Origin: Oligoflexus sp. | GTDB lineage: Bacteria > Bdellovibrionota_B > Oligoflexia > Oligoflexales > Oligoflexaceae | Assembly (NCBI GenBank): GCA_041736305.1 | Contig: JBGSTX010000044.1 | Span: 1 to 17,847, forward strand | Direction: 5' to 3' | Length of the DNA: 17,847 bases | Shown here: piece by piece, positions 8,098-17,800 of the stretch | Numbering within the stretch: position 1 is the first letter of the stretch | How the letters are laid out: each line of letters begins with the position of its first letter | Notes under the pieces: model-generated | What the model was told of the DNA's origin: nothing | The model's input: only the letters and a program-made list of their open reading frames with translations | Databases searched by the model: none | Made by a program: the position numbers and the translations under genes

Positions 8098-9132
8098 CTA
8101 AAGCTTTTCGCTTTTCGCTTTTGATAGCGAAGCTCCCAACAACTTCATGCCTTCACGCATGCTTATGCGAGGACGATAGCCTAATTCTTCCTGGGCTGCC
8201 CGCGTCTTATACCAGTGTGAAGTGCCAAGCTGCAGAGCGGTAAAGCGGGTCAGAGGAGGCTCCCCGCGCAAACGCAGCCAGGTGTAGATATACTCAAAAA
8301 AGCCAGCTAGACGCAGTGCCAACCCGAGCGAAATGTGACGCGAGACAGGCGGAACGGCGGCGGCTTCAAGCATGCCATTGATGATGTCATCGATGGGCCA
8401 AGGCTCGGCATTAGTGATAAAGTAGGGTTTACCAGCTATGGGCGCGCCAGGCTTTAGTCTTTCTAAGGCGCAGAGGTGAGCGATTACCGCGTTGTCGATG
8501 TAGACGGCATCGACCCTCTTTTGACCCCCACCAACGAATCTCAGACGGCCTTTGCGGGCCCGTTGTAGGAGACGTGGGAGCAGATGCTGGTCGCCTGGTC
8601 CCCAGATAAGATGAGGGCGTAGCGACACTGTTGCAAGCTCTGGCCCGTTAGCGGCGAGTACGGATTGTTCGGCCAAAGCTTTCGTTGCCGGATAAGCCGC
8701 GAGAAAAGATTGAGGATAGGGGGCTGATTCGTCGATACCATCCTGGTCAGTTCCATCGAAAGTGACCGAAGGCGAACTTGTATAGATCAGACGGTCTATC
8801 CCTAGTTCGCGACAGGCTCGGATGACATTTTCCGTACCGACGACATTGACGCGATGATAGGAATCAAAGGAACCCCAAACTCCGGCCTTGGCAGCGACGT
8901 GAAACACGACCTGGCAGTTCTCGCAAGCGCGGCGGACAGCTTCATAGTCGGCAAGATCCCCCTGGAAACAGCGGACACCCAGCTTTTCCACATCGGGGTA
9001 AGCGTTTCTATTCAGAGTCTGTACCGAATAGCCACGCCGCAGCAGTTGGACTATGAGTGCCTTGCCAAGGAAGCCGCCGCCACCGGTGACGAGGATGCGC
9101 TCGCTCTCCCGCTCCTTTTCTCTTTCTGCCAT
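8098..9132 (-). CDS. oleD: 2-alkyl-3-oxoalkanoate reductase OleD (extended SDR, 3-beta-HSD-like)
   Basis: ILVTGGGGFLG Rossmann motif, FHVAAKAGVWG, YTSSPSV, catalytic YxxxK (YPATK), LRPHLIWGPGD; follows oleABC. Start placed at ATG 9132 (GGAGG just upstream); 9147 is an alternative. Confidence 0.92.
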   Translation of the reverse strand: MAEREKERESERILVTGGGGFLGKALIVQLLRRGYSVQTLNRNAYPDVEKLGVRCFQGDLADYEAVRRACENCQVVFHVAAKAGVWGSFDSYHRVNVVGTENVIRACRELGIDRLIYTSSPSVTFDGTDQDGIDESAPYPQSFLAAYPATKALAEQSVLAANGPELATVSLRPHLIWGPGDQHLLPRLLQRARKGRLRFVGGGQKRVDAVYIDNAVIAHLCALERLKPGAPIAGKPYFITNAEPWPIDDIINGMLEAAAVPPVSRHISLGLALRLAGFFEYIYTWLRLRGEPPLTRFTALQLGTSHWYKTRAAQEELGYRPRISMREGMKLLGASLSKAKSEKL

Positions 9133-10826
9133 TGTGCCTCCGCCCATGGTTTGAGTTTTTCTCTGAAAATTTTTGCGTTGTGCCGGATGTCCACCGGAAA
9201 TGGACTGTGCAGATGCAAGTAAAAGTACTCGATGCCGGCCGTGTGGGGGAATGAAAGAGCGCGTTCCCGCAGCTCCGCAAAGAGTCGTTTTTGAGCTTCG
9301 GGGCTTAGATTATTATTTTTAAGTTCGACGCAGATGGCTGGTGTTTGCAGAGGCGCCTCGCCGATTCCAACTAAAGCTGTTCTGGCCACGGAGGGATGCT
9401 GATTGAAAATCGCTTCGCAGTTGATCGTGAACAATTCCGCGCTGGGAGTGATGACACGCTGAGATTTTCGGCCGCAGAACCACAGTCGCCCCGCTGCATC
9501 CCGATAGCCAAGGTCGCCCATGCGATGATAGAAGCTAAATTCTTCGCCTGCTGGCGCCATAATCTTAGCTAAGCGATTCGCATCTTCCCTTTGGTCGTAG
9601 CGTCGCGTAACCTGCGGTCCGGCGACGATAATCTCGCCAATCTCGCCAGGTGAAAGTAAGTCGCTCGCCTGGAGTTCTCGGATGGGCTCGTCGGAGATAC
9701 GAATGATTTTCACATCTGTTGCGGAGGCAGGGAAACCAACGCAAATTCCACCACCGGCATCTGTCACAAAGCGAGTCTCCCCGAGTAGCATGCGACTTTC
9801 GGCTAGTGCTACCGGCAAAGATTCGGTTGCACCGTAGGGAGTGAAAAAATCGCATCGCGGATCGAGTAGAGCCCTAAATCCCTCGATCGTCGCGGCCGGC
9901 ACCGGCGCCCCCGCGGCGATAACGCGTCTCAACGAGGGAAAATGCCAGCGCTGAGCGGCACCGTAGCTAGCGACACGTCGGATCAAAGCCGGCGAACCGA
10001 ACATGTTGTTCACACCGAAAGTCTCTATAGCTTCGCGGATTTTCTCCGGATCGACCTCGCCTGGGCGAGTGAAATCCATTTCTGGTACCACCGCGCTCAT
10101 CCCGAGGGCAGGAGCGAAAAGAGCAAAAAGCGGAAAAGTACAGAGATCGATTTCACCCTGTTTTATCTGCAGCGCCGCAGCCAAGAGATCGATCTGCGCG
10201 CGGAAGTTGCCGTGGGTATAGAGGGCGGCTTTAGGAGCACCCGTGCTGCCAGAAGTGAAAAGCACTGCAGCTGTTTCATCGGGTGAGGCCAAAGGAAGCT
10301 CGGGAGCGCTCGGACGCCCTCCTGCTTCCCAAAGATCTTGGTAATTGATAGAGCCGAAAACCCGGCCAAAAATCTGAGCTGCACGACTGCTGCCACCGAT
10401 CACGACCCGTTTTTTCCAAAGGCCGTGACGCCCTTTCCAACGAAAGAGAACGCGGGCCAGATGGGCGAGTGGAATGCCCATGAAAGCTTCAGCCTGCGCT
10501 TCCGTAAGGCAACGCTTTATCGGTTTGACGCCAAGTCCCGGATCGATGAGGACAGGTATAGCCTTAGCTTTGAAAAGGGCGAAAGTGAGTATGAAAAACT
10601 CCAGCGACGGCTTCACCATAAAGGCCGTTCGCATCCCTTCGCCTATACCGTGCATAAGCAGACCGCGAGCGATGCGATTCGCAGAAGCCTCGAGTTGCGC
10701 ATAGGTGAGCTGGCTATAGCAAGCTCGTCCGCTGCCATCTCGCGCATGAGGAAAGGCCACCGCCATCTGATAGGGATGGGATTTCGCCTGCTCGCTCAGG
10801 GTCTCAGCAATGTTAGCGTCGATCAT
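9051..10826 (-). CDS. oleC: Olefin beta-lactone synthetase OleC (AMP-dependent ligase superfamily)
   Basis: LFTSGSTGAPK AMP-binding loop, TPYGATE, HRMGDLG, WFCGRKSQRV, and the OleC-type C-terminal FPVDIRHNAKIFREKL; AGGAGAGGA RBS upstream. Confidence 0.93.
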   Translation of the reverse strand: MIDANIAETLSEQAKSHPYQMAVAFPHARDGSGRACYSQLTYAQLEASANRIARGLLMHGIGEGMRTAFMVKPSLEFFILTFALFKAKAIPVLIDPGLGVKPIKRCLTEAQAEAFMGIPLAHLARVLFRWKGRHGLWKKRVVIGGSSRAAQIFGRVFGSINYQDLWEAGGRPSAPELPLASPDETAAVLFTSGSTGAPKAALYTHGNFRAQIDLLAAALQIKQGEIDLCTFPLFALFAPALGMSAVVPEMDFTRPGEVDPEKIREAIETFGVNNMFGSPALIRRVASYGAAQRWHFPSLRRVIAAGAPVPAATIEGFRALLDPRCDFFTPYGATESLPVALAESRMLLGETRFVTDAGGGICVGFPASATDVKIIRISDEPIRELQASDLLSPGEIGEIIVAGPQVTRRYDQREDANRLAKIMAPAGEEFSFYHRMGDLGYRDAAGRLWFCGRKSQRVITPSAELFTINCEAIFNQHPSVARTALVGIGEAPLQTPAICVELKNNNLSPEAQKRLFAELRERALSFPHTAGIEYFYLHLHSPFPVDIRHNAKIFREKLKPWAEAQWQKEKRSGRASASSSPVAAASLARHS

Positions 10827-10882
10827 ATAAATCCTCTCCTATAGACAGAAAAAGCCGACTATCGAGGAATAAGATCAAAGCC

Positions 10883-11797
10883 CTAATGAAGTGAGGTCGG
10901 GGCAACGAGAGGATGCCTTTCCAAGAAGTCCTGGATCAGATGCGTAGCTTCTTCGCCAAGGTCCTCGAGCACATAGTGCCCGGCGTCGGGAAAACTATGA
11001 ACTTCAGCCTCAGGCCACCGTCGCCGCCACTCAGCTAAGAAATGCTTGTCGAAGACAAAGTCGCGTTCGCCCCAGATGATCTGCAAGGGTATTCCGTCGA
11101 GGCGGCGCAAATTTTGTTCGACAAATTGCAACATGGGCCACGATGGGTCGCCAGGGTTAAGAGGTATATCCTGGACAAAGCGATGAACGGCTCGGCGGTT
11201 TTCCCAGTTGTTATAGGGAGCGCGGTAAGCCTTCCTTAGCGGAGCCGGTAAAGGCCGTCTTTGACAGCAGACGAAACTGGCAGCCAAAGCAAAAGCGTTA
11301 AAACCTCGGATGAGGAGCGAACCGAGGGTCGCACTGCGACTGAGAGCTAAAGCTAGAGGAAAAGGCTTGCTAGCGGGCAGACCAAATCCGGCTGAATTCA
11401 TCAGCACTATGCGTCGGATCAGCTTCGGATTGCGACAGGCAAAAGCCAGACCTATCATGCCCCCCCAATCGTGAAGGACCAGGGTAATATCTTTGAGGCC
11501 GAGGGACTGGACCAGCTGCTCGATATCCTCTACGCGCTGCTCGAGCCTGTAGGAATAATCTTCATCTTTAGGCTTGGCAGAGTATCCACAGCCGATATGA
11601 TCCGGAACCACGAGACGATACTTATCGCGCAGAGATCCAACCAGACGGCGAAAATAGAAAGACCAAGTCGGGTTGCCGTGAAGAGCGAGCAGTGTCTCAC
11701 CCTTGCCCTCATCGAGGTAATGCATCTGCTGACCACTGACCTCAGCGTAGTGACCTTGAAAAGGATAAAATTCCTGCAATCGAGCTGCGTCTACCAT
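10883..11797 (-). CDS. oleB: Beta-lactone decarboxylase OleB (haloalkane-dehalogenase-like alpha/beta hydrolase)
   Basis: HGNPTWSF, PDHIGCGYS, nucleophile elbow LHDWGG, catalytic His in AGHYVLED; lies between oleA and oleC. Start placed at ATG 11797, overlapping the oleA stop (ATGGTAG). Confidence 0.92.
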   Translation of the reverse strand: MVDAARLQEFYPFQGHYAEVSGQQMHYLDEGKGETLLALHGNPTWSFYFRRLVGSLRDKYRLVVPDHIGCGYSAKPKDEDYSYRLEQRVEDIEQLVQSLGLKDITLVLHDWGGMIGLAFACRNPKLIRRIVLMNSAGFGLPASKPFPLALALSRSATLGSLLIRGFNAFALAASFVCCQRRPLPAPLRKAYRAPYNNWENRRAVHRFVQDIPLNPGDPSWPMLQFVEQNLRRLDGIPLQIIWGERDFVFDKHFLAEWRRRWPEAEVHSFPDAGHYVLEDLGEEATHLIQDFLERHPLVAPTSLH

Positions 11798-12831
11798 TCG
11801 AGCCCCAACATCAAGCAATTGAGACCGCTGCCTATGCCCAGCCAGCCTACTTGGTCCTTAGCTTTCAGAAAGCCCTTTTCGTCAGCAATGGCCGCCGTAA
11901 GGGGGAGCGATACAGTGCCCATATTTCCGAGTAAGGGAAAAGTTGCATAGTCCTTAGATTCGTGGATTCCCAGGGCATTCAAAACTGTCTTACGGTGCGT
12001 GAAGCCCACCTGGTGCGAAATCGTTTTATCGACGCATTCGTGCAACCAGCCTAGTTCGCTCAGCATAGCTTGCCAGGTTTTAATACCTAGGGTCACCCCG
12101 TGCCGCATCACGTTAATGGCATCTGTGATCATAAACTGCTCAAAGACGGCATGTCGCAAACGCTGAAGGCCCCAGCGACACAGATCGTGCTGGCTATTGT
12201 CATTGCGAATAGCCCCACCTAAAAGTCGGTGTGCCTGACCCAAATCGGGATAGCGGCTCAGGATTACAGCTACCGCTCCTGAACCTCCCGTGAAGGTAGC
12301 TATGCTGTCTTTGAAGTGCTGCAAATCTCGATGTTGGAGGAGTAATTGCAGGGCATCCTCGTTGACTTCGCGCGAGCTTTCACACGAGAGGACCATCCCT
12401 ATATCGGCCTGCCCCAGCTCGATGCGATTGGCGATTTCAATCATACCGTTCAAAACACCTAAGCAGGCGTTACTGAGGTCAAAAACCGTCGCTTTTTGCT
12501 GCAGGCCCAGCTCAGCCGCAATGCGACAAGCCGTAGCAGGTTCATAAAAGTCGCGGCAAACGCCGGTGTAAATAAGGGCATCGACTGCGCCGCCATCAAT
12601 TCCCAGCTTTTGCAGAGCTTTTCTACCGGCGGCGATTGCTCCATCAGAAACTTTGAATTCCGTGGGCCACCAGCGGCGCTCCTTGATTCCGGTCAAACTT
12701 TCAAGCTGACCTATGGGAATACGTAAAGCTTTGTAGACTGGCAGCAACTCTTCTTCGAGCGCTCGCGTTGAAACCACTTCCTGAGGAAGCTCGTAGCCCA
12801 GCGCGTTGACAAAAACCTTTTGGTATCGCAT
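11791..12831 (-). CDS. oleA: Acyl-CoA:acyl-CoA alkyltransferase OleA (thiolase/FabH-fold head-to-head condensing enzyme)
   Basis: GVCRDFYEPATA (OleA-type Glu), DLSNACLG (catalytic Cys), SHQVG (His), GNMGTVS (Asn), LGIGSGLNC. Start placed at ATG 12831 (MRYQKV); the track's alternative is 12837. Confidence 0.94.
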   Translation of the reverse strand: MRYQKVFVNALGYELPQEVVSTRALEEELLPVYKALRIPIGQLESLTGIKERRWWPTEFKVSDGAIAAGRKALQKLGIDGGAVDALIYTGVCRDFYEPATACRIAAELGLQQKATVFDLSNACLGVLNGMIEIANRIELGQADIGMVLSCESSREVNEDALQLLLQHRDLQHFKDSIATFTGGSGAVAVILSRYPDLGQAHRLLGGAIRNDNSQHDLCRWGLQRLRHAVFEQFMITDAINVMRHGVTLGIKTWQAMLSELGWLHECVDKTISHQVGFTHRKTVLNALGIHESKDYATFPLLGNMGTVSLPLTAAIADEKGFLKAKDQVGWLGIGSGLNCLMLGLEW

Positions 12832-12854
12832 TGACAACCTAGAGAAGTTGGCTA

Positions 12855-12866
12855 CATAACGTTATG
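12855..12866. promoter_or_regulatory. Perfect 12-bp palindrome CATAACGTTATG, candidate operator upstream of oleA
   Basis: Exact palindrome 23 nt upstream of the oleA ATG; function inferred. Confidence 0.4.
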
Positions 12867-13022
12867 ACACTGCTTGGCGGGCTGGAAAGTAAGAACTCTC
12901 GGCAAGACCAGGCGCACCTCGCCACGGATACTAGCAAGAGCTTCTGGCGACTGGCTAGTCAAAAAAGGTCTAAGCTACGTCGCTATGAACAAGTTTTTAA
13001 GTATATGTACGTATGAATGATC

Positions 13023-13070
13023 TGCTTCGAAAAAGGCATGGTAAAAAATAAGCGTGCTTGAGAAAAAGCA
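13023..13070. promoter_or_regulatory. Two tandem dyad boxes TGCTT-N6-ARGCA, candidate transcription-factor sites
   Basis: TGCTTCGAAAAAGGCA (13023-13038) and TGCTTGAGAAAAAGCA (13055-13070), 32 bp apart, in the middle of the ole/pfa divergent region. Confidence 0.4.
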
Positions 13071-13118
13071 TCGCCAGCCGCGCGAAATCATCATATTAAA
13101 TTCTCTTTGCTCTCGACG

Positions 13119-13280
13119 GTCTGCCGTAGCAGAAGCTGTTTCAAGAATGGGAGATCAGGCGCGAGGAAGAAAAAGACCGGAGCTGAAGCCTCGGCCCTTA
13201 ACTATTCTTCCTCTGCGGAACGCTGAAGCTTCCTCTTGTTGAAACAGCTTTTTCTTAGATGCTAACCAGACGGCAAAGAC
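13119..13280 (+). other. Long imperfect inverted repeat / structured element upstream of pfaD
   Basis: Nested complementary arms: TGCCGT 13122-13127 / ACGGCA 13270-13275; AAGCTGTTTCAA 13133-13144 / TTGAAACAGCTT 13239-13250; GAGGAAGAA 13163-13171 / TTCTTCCTC 13205-13213. Confidence 0.6.
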
Positions 13281-13283
13281 AGC

Positions 13284-14846
13284 GTGATGCTGATGCACGG
13301 CTCTGCAGAGGATCTTTCGATGTTACATCAGGTGGCTACTTCCGCGGCATTGTCCGCCATCCATAAAGACCTCGAGCTCACGCTCGAAGATGGTCGACCT
13401 ATTCGCGTGCCCGGGTTGAGTCTCGGCGATTTTGGTGATCGGCGCTTTCTTGCGGATCATCAGCTTTCTTATCCCTACATGGCCGGAGCCATGGCGCACG
13501 GTATATCGAGCGTCGAGTTGGTAGTCGCTATGGCCCGTACAGGTATGCTCGCGGCCTATGGGGCTGCAGGGTTAGGGATCGAACGCATCAGCAGCGATCT
13601 CGACGAACTCCTGAGCCGCTGCGGCGAGCGGACCTTCGCGGTGAATTTCATCCATCAGCCGCAAGAGCCCCGGCAAGAGGAAGCTCTCGTCGAACTGCTG
13701 CTCAAGAAGAAAATTGTCCGCATCGAAGCTTCTGCTTTTATGAAGCTCACCAAACATCTCGTGCGCTATCGGGTCAAAGGTCTGCATCGCGGCCCCGACG
13801 GCAAGGTTGTGGCGCAGCAGCAGATCATTGGCAAAGTTTCGCGCCTCGAGGTAGCTAAGCATTTCTGGTCGCCGCCGCCGACTGTTCTTCTCGATGAACT
13901 CCTGAGCGAAGGACATATTACGCCGGAAGAGCGCGAGCTGGCCGCTTCGATACCAATGGCTGTAGACCTTACGATCGAAGCTGATTCGGGGGGGCACACC
14001 GACAATCGTCCACTCGTCACTCTCATGCCGCAGATGCTGGCTCTCAAGCAAGAACTCCAGCAGCGCTTCGCATACAGCTCCGAATTGCGATTGGGTGCAG
14101 CCGGCGGCATCTCTACCCCACACGCTGCGCTCGCTGCCTTTGCCATGGGAGCTGCCTACATCGTCACGGGAACGATCAATCAGTCTTGCTGCGAGGCGGG
14201 AACCAGCGAAGCGGTTCGACAGATGCTGGCGAGCACCGAACAGGGCGACATTACTATGGCGCCGGCGGCAGATATGTTTGAAATGGGCGTGAAAGTCCAG
14301 GTCCTAAAACGCGGCACCATGTTTGCGATGCGGGCACAAAAGCTCTACGAAATCTATCGGCAGTATCCGAGTCTCGATGCCATTCCAGCGAAAGAGCGTG
14401 CGCTGCTCGAGGAAGTTTATTTTCGCCAACCGCTAGAAACTGCCTGGCAGGAAACGGTCGCCTACTTCAACCGACGCGATCCCGCGCAGATCACGAGGGC
14501 AGAAGCTCAGCCTAAACATCAGATGGCGCTCCTGTTTAGATCTTATCTAGGGCAGGCTTCTCACTGGGCCACGCGCGGGGTGGCTGAGCGGAAAATCGAT
14601 TATCAGGTCTGGTGCGGTCCGGCGATGCCGGCTTTCAATGACTGGGCGCGCGGAAGCTTCATGGAAGCGGTCGGCGAGCGACGCGTCGCCCTGGTCGCAC
14701 TTAATTTGCTTTACGGCGCAGCCGTGCTTCATCGCGTGCATGCCGCGACGCTGCAGGGACTTCAGGTCAAAGGCCGCGAGGAACTTCTCCAGCCAAGAAC
14801 AGGTCAAGAGCTGCAGCGTTTGCTGCAGGAAGGAGGGCAGCGATGA
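13284..14846 (+). CDS. pfaD: PUFA synthase enoyl reductase PfaD (FMN-dependent, FabK-like TIM barrel)
   Basis: YMAGAMAHGISS, IEASAFM, KVSRLEVA, EADSGGHTDNRP, GAAGGISTP, MAPAADMFEMGVKVQVLKRGTMFAMRA, DYQVWCGPAM. The true start may be the in-frame ATG at 13320 (AGAGGA at 13307-13312). Confidence 0.95.
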   Translation: MMLMHGSAEDLSMLHQVATSAALSAIHKDLELTLEDGRPIRVPGLSLGDFGDRRFLADHQLSYPYMAGAMAHGISSVELVVAMARTGMLAAYGAAGLGIERISSDLDELLSRCGERTFAVNFIHQPQEPRQEEALVELLLKKKIVRIEASAFMKLTKHLVRYRVKGLHRGPDGKVVAQQQIIGKVSRLEVAKHFWSPPPTVLLDELLSEGHITPEERELAASIPMAVDLTIEADSGGHTDNRPLVTLMPQMLALKQELQQRFAYSSELRLGAAGGISTPHAALAAFAMGAAYIVTGTINQSCCEAGTSEAVRQMLASTEQGDITMAPAADMFEMGVKVQVLKRGTMFAMRAQKLYEIYRQYPSLDAIPAKERALLEEVYFRQPLETAWQETVAYFNRRDPAQITRAEAQPKHQMALLFRSYLGQASHWATRGVAERKIDYQVWCGPAMPAFNDWARGSFMEAVGERRVALVALNLLYGAAVLHRVHAATLQGLQVKGREELLQPRTGQELQRLLQEGGQR

Positions 14847-17800
14847 CAGAACTGAGTCCCGATGAGAAGGCCAAGGAGCTTTCTCGCTTCGACGGTAGTG
14901 CGGCTATAGCTGTCATCGGTATCGGCTGTCTTTTTCCTGAAAGCTCTGATCGCGAGGAGTACTGGAATCTCATCCAAAAAGGTAGCGATGCGATTGTGCC
15001 CATCCCTCTCACGCATTGGAGCCCTGATGATTACTACGACGCCAACCCTAAGCTCGCTGACCATACTTACGCGCGCACGGGCGGTTTTTTAAAGCCTTAT
15101 GCCTTCGATCCGCTAGCCTTTGGTCTGGCACCTCATTCACTTGAGGCCACTGATACAACGCAGTTGCTGGGCATGGTGGCAGCGCACCAGGCTCTAGTTG
15201 ATGCGGGTTACGGACCCGAACGGAGCTTCGACCGAGATCGCGTTTCCTGCATTTTAGGTGTCACGGGCACGCTCGAACTGGTGATTCCCCTCGGCGCTCG
15301 ACTCGGGCATCCGATCTGGAAGAAGGCGCTCCATGAAGCAGGAGTTCCCGAGGACGTCGCGGCTCAGGTCATGGCAGAAATCGCCGATGCCTACGTTCCC
15401 TGGCAGGAAAACTCCTTCCCAGGTCTCTTGGGCAACGTCGTCGCGGGTCGCATTGCCAATCGACTCGATCTAGGCGGCACCAACAGCGTGGTCGACGCCG
15501 CCTGCGCTAGCTCACTTGCGGCGCTGCATATGGCCATGATGGAACTCCAGGCAGGCAAGACGGATCTGGTCATCTCAGGTGGGATGGATACTTTTAATTC
15601 GATCTTCATGTATATGTGCTTCAGCAAAACGCCGGCTCTTTCACCGAGTGGCCAGGCGCGACCTTTCGATGCCGCAGGAGATGGGACTATTCTGGGCGAG
15701 GGCCTAGGTGCCGTCATTCTCAAACGGCTCGATGATGCTGTGCGCGACGGCGACCGCATCTATGGTGTCATCCGGGGAATGGGGACTGCCAGTGATGGCA
15801 AGGGTCAAGCTATCTATGCGCCGAGCGCGCGTGGGCAGATTAAGACGCTAGAGAGAGCCTACACGGCCGCTGGCGTATCGCCTCGCAGCGTGGGATTGGT
15901 CGAGGCCCACGGCACAGGTACCAAAGTAGGCGACGGCGTCGAGTTAGAAGCCTTGAATAGAGTCTATCGAGCTGTCGAGGGTGCAGGCGCCTGGTGCCAT
16001 CTCGGTTCGGTGAAGTCTCAGATTGGCCACACTAAAGCTGCGGCAGGGGCTGCGGGTCTTATCAAAGCCCTGCTGGCGCTGCATCATAAGGTTTTGCCGC
16101 CCAGCATCAAAGTGCGAGCTCCGCATCCCGAACTCGAAGCTTCGCCTTTTATTTTAAATGATGCGGCGCGACCTTGGGTAAGCGGCGGTCAGCCACGACG
16201 TGCAGCTGTCAGCGCGTTTGGTTTCGGTGGTAGCAATTATCACTGCGTACTTGAAGAATACTCAGCTGATAAAACCGAGGCGGTCTGGGACCCTGAACTT
16301 TATCTAGCTGCTTTTTCAGCTGACGATCAGATGCACCTAGCAGCTAAGTTGCACGAAGCACAAAACGAGTTGCTGCAGGGGCTCGACCCAAGACGACTCT
16401 GCCGCAGCTGGCGCGACGAGTTTCGATCTAATCAACCCTGGCGCATACTCTGTTGGGCACGGGGTCAGGCGGAACTTGCTACCCGACTCGTGAAAATGGT
16501 CGAAGGCCTGCAAAAAGGTCGGGAAGCCCTAGGGCCAGGGATACTGCTGCACGGCGATTCGCCGGCCGCAGCTGTACCCGCGCTGGGACTTATCTTCGCA
16601 GGTCAAGGATCTCAGGCACCAGGTATGCTGCGCGAGTTGGCCTGCAATTTCCCTGAATTTTTAGAAAGCCTGGAAAAGAGCGAAGCTTTGCTTCGCGAAC
16701 GAGGCGGACCTTCGCTCGTCGATATTATTTACCCTCCACAAGCTTTTACTGCGGAAGCGAAGGCGCTGCAAACTAAGGCCCTCACTGACACGCGTTATGC
16801 ACAGCTTGCGTTGGCTGCGCTTGGTATAGCTTGCGTTAAGGTTCTGGGGCGTTTCGGGATCGAGGCTGCTGCTGCTGGGGGACACTCCTTCGGTGAGCTG
16901 CTTGCCCTTTACGCTGCTGGCGTCTTGAGCGAAGACGCTACGCTCCTGGCTGCCTATGAACGCGGTCGGGCGATGAGCGAATATGGGCAAAGCGGAGGAG
17001 GCCTCCTCGCTGTCATGGCTTCTCACGATATGGTAGCAAGCTGGCTACAAGAATCGCAGCTGGAGCTCAGCATCGCTAATGTGAATGCGCCTGAGCAAAT
17101 CGTGTTAGGCGGCAAGCTAGAAGAATTGGACAAGGCTCAGATCGCGCTTAAATCCCAGCGCATCGGGAGCAAGAAGCTTGAAGTCAGCGGTGCCTTTCAT
17201 ACTGCGCTGATGGCGCCAGCTCTTACGCCCTTTGCCGAACGACTCAGCTCGATAGATATCAGCCCGGCAGAGTTGCCCGTTTTCGCGAATAGTACTGCTC
17301 AGCCCTATCCTGACGATCCTGAGGAAGTCAGACGTATTCTCGCCGAGCAGTTGGTGAGTCCGGTTCGCTTCATGGAAATGCTAGAAAATATGCGGGCGGC
17401 GGGCGCTGACACTTTCGTTGAGATCGGTCCCCACCGCAAGCTCGCCGGCATCATGAAAGCTAGTCTCGGTGGATCTAGCGAAGTGTTCAGCCTTGATAGT
17501 GAGTCTGGCGATTCGATGCTAGGTCTGGGCAAACTGCTTTTGAGTCTAGCAGCTCAAGGCTATCCGGTCCTCTGGTCCGCATGGGACCCTGGTGAGCTGG
17601 CTGAGCGTGGGACAGCATCGAAGCCGCGCTTTCACGTTATGCTGACGGGCGCCAATTATCGAACTCCCGCTGCTAAGAAAACCCCGATGACTCTGAGTCG
17701 AGAAGCAGTAGGCAAGCCTTTGCCTACCTCTGCAGGATCGCAGCTTAGCGGATCGCAGCTTAGCGGATCGCAGCTTAGCGGATCGCAGCTTAGCGGATCG

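Noticed and set aside
10883-11797. Haloalkane dehalogenase annotation
   Set aside because: Same fold, but its position between oleA and oleC indicates OleB.
13054-13242. 62-aa ORF as a leader peptide for pfaD
   Set aside because: GTG start without RBS and no telling composition; the region is better explained by the inverted-repeat structure, though translation is not excluded.
13119-13280. Calling the long hairpin 6S RNA
   Set aside because: Length is similar, but I could not see the large central bubble or recognisable 6S sequence; it needs an Rfam search.
12832-13283. Sigma54 -24/-12 promoter to go with the tandem boxes
   Set aside because: No convincing TGGCAC-N5-TTGC match found by eye on either strand.
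14767-17532. Short ORFs listed in the track across the right end
   Set aside because: All are antisense or out-of-frame shadows of the continuous pfaA frame starting at 14843.
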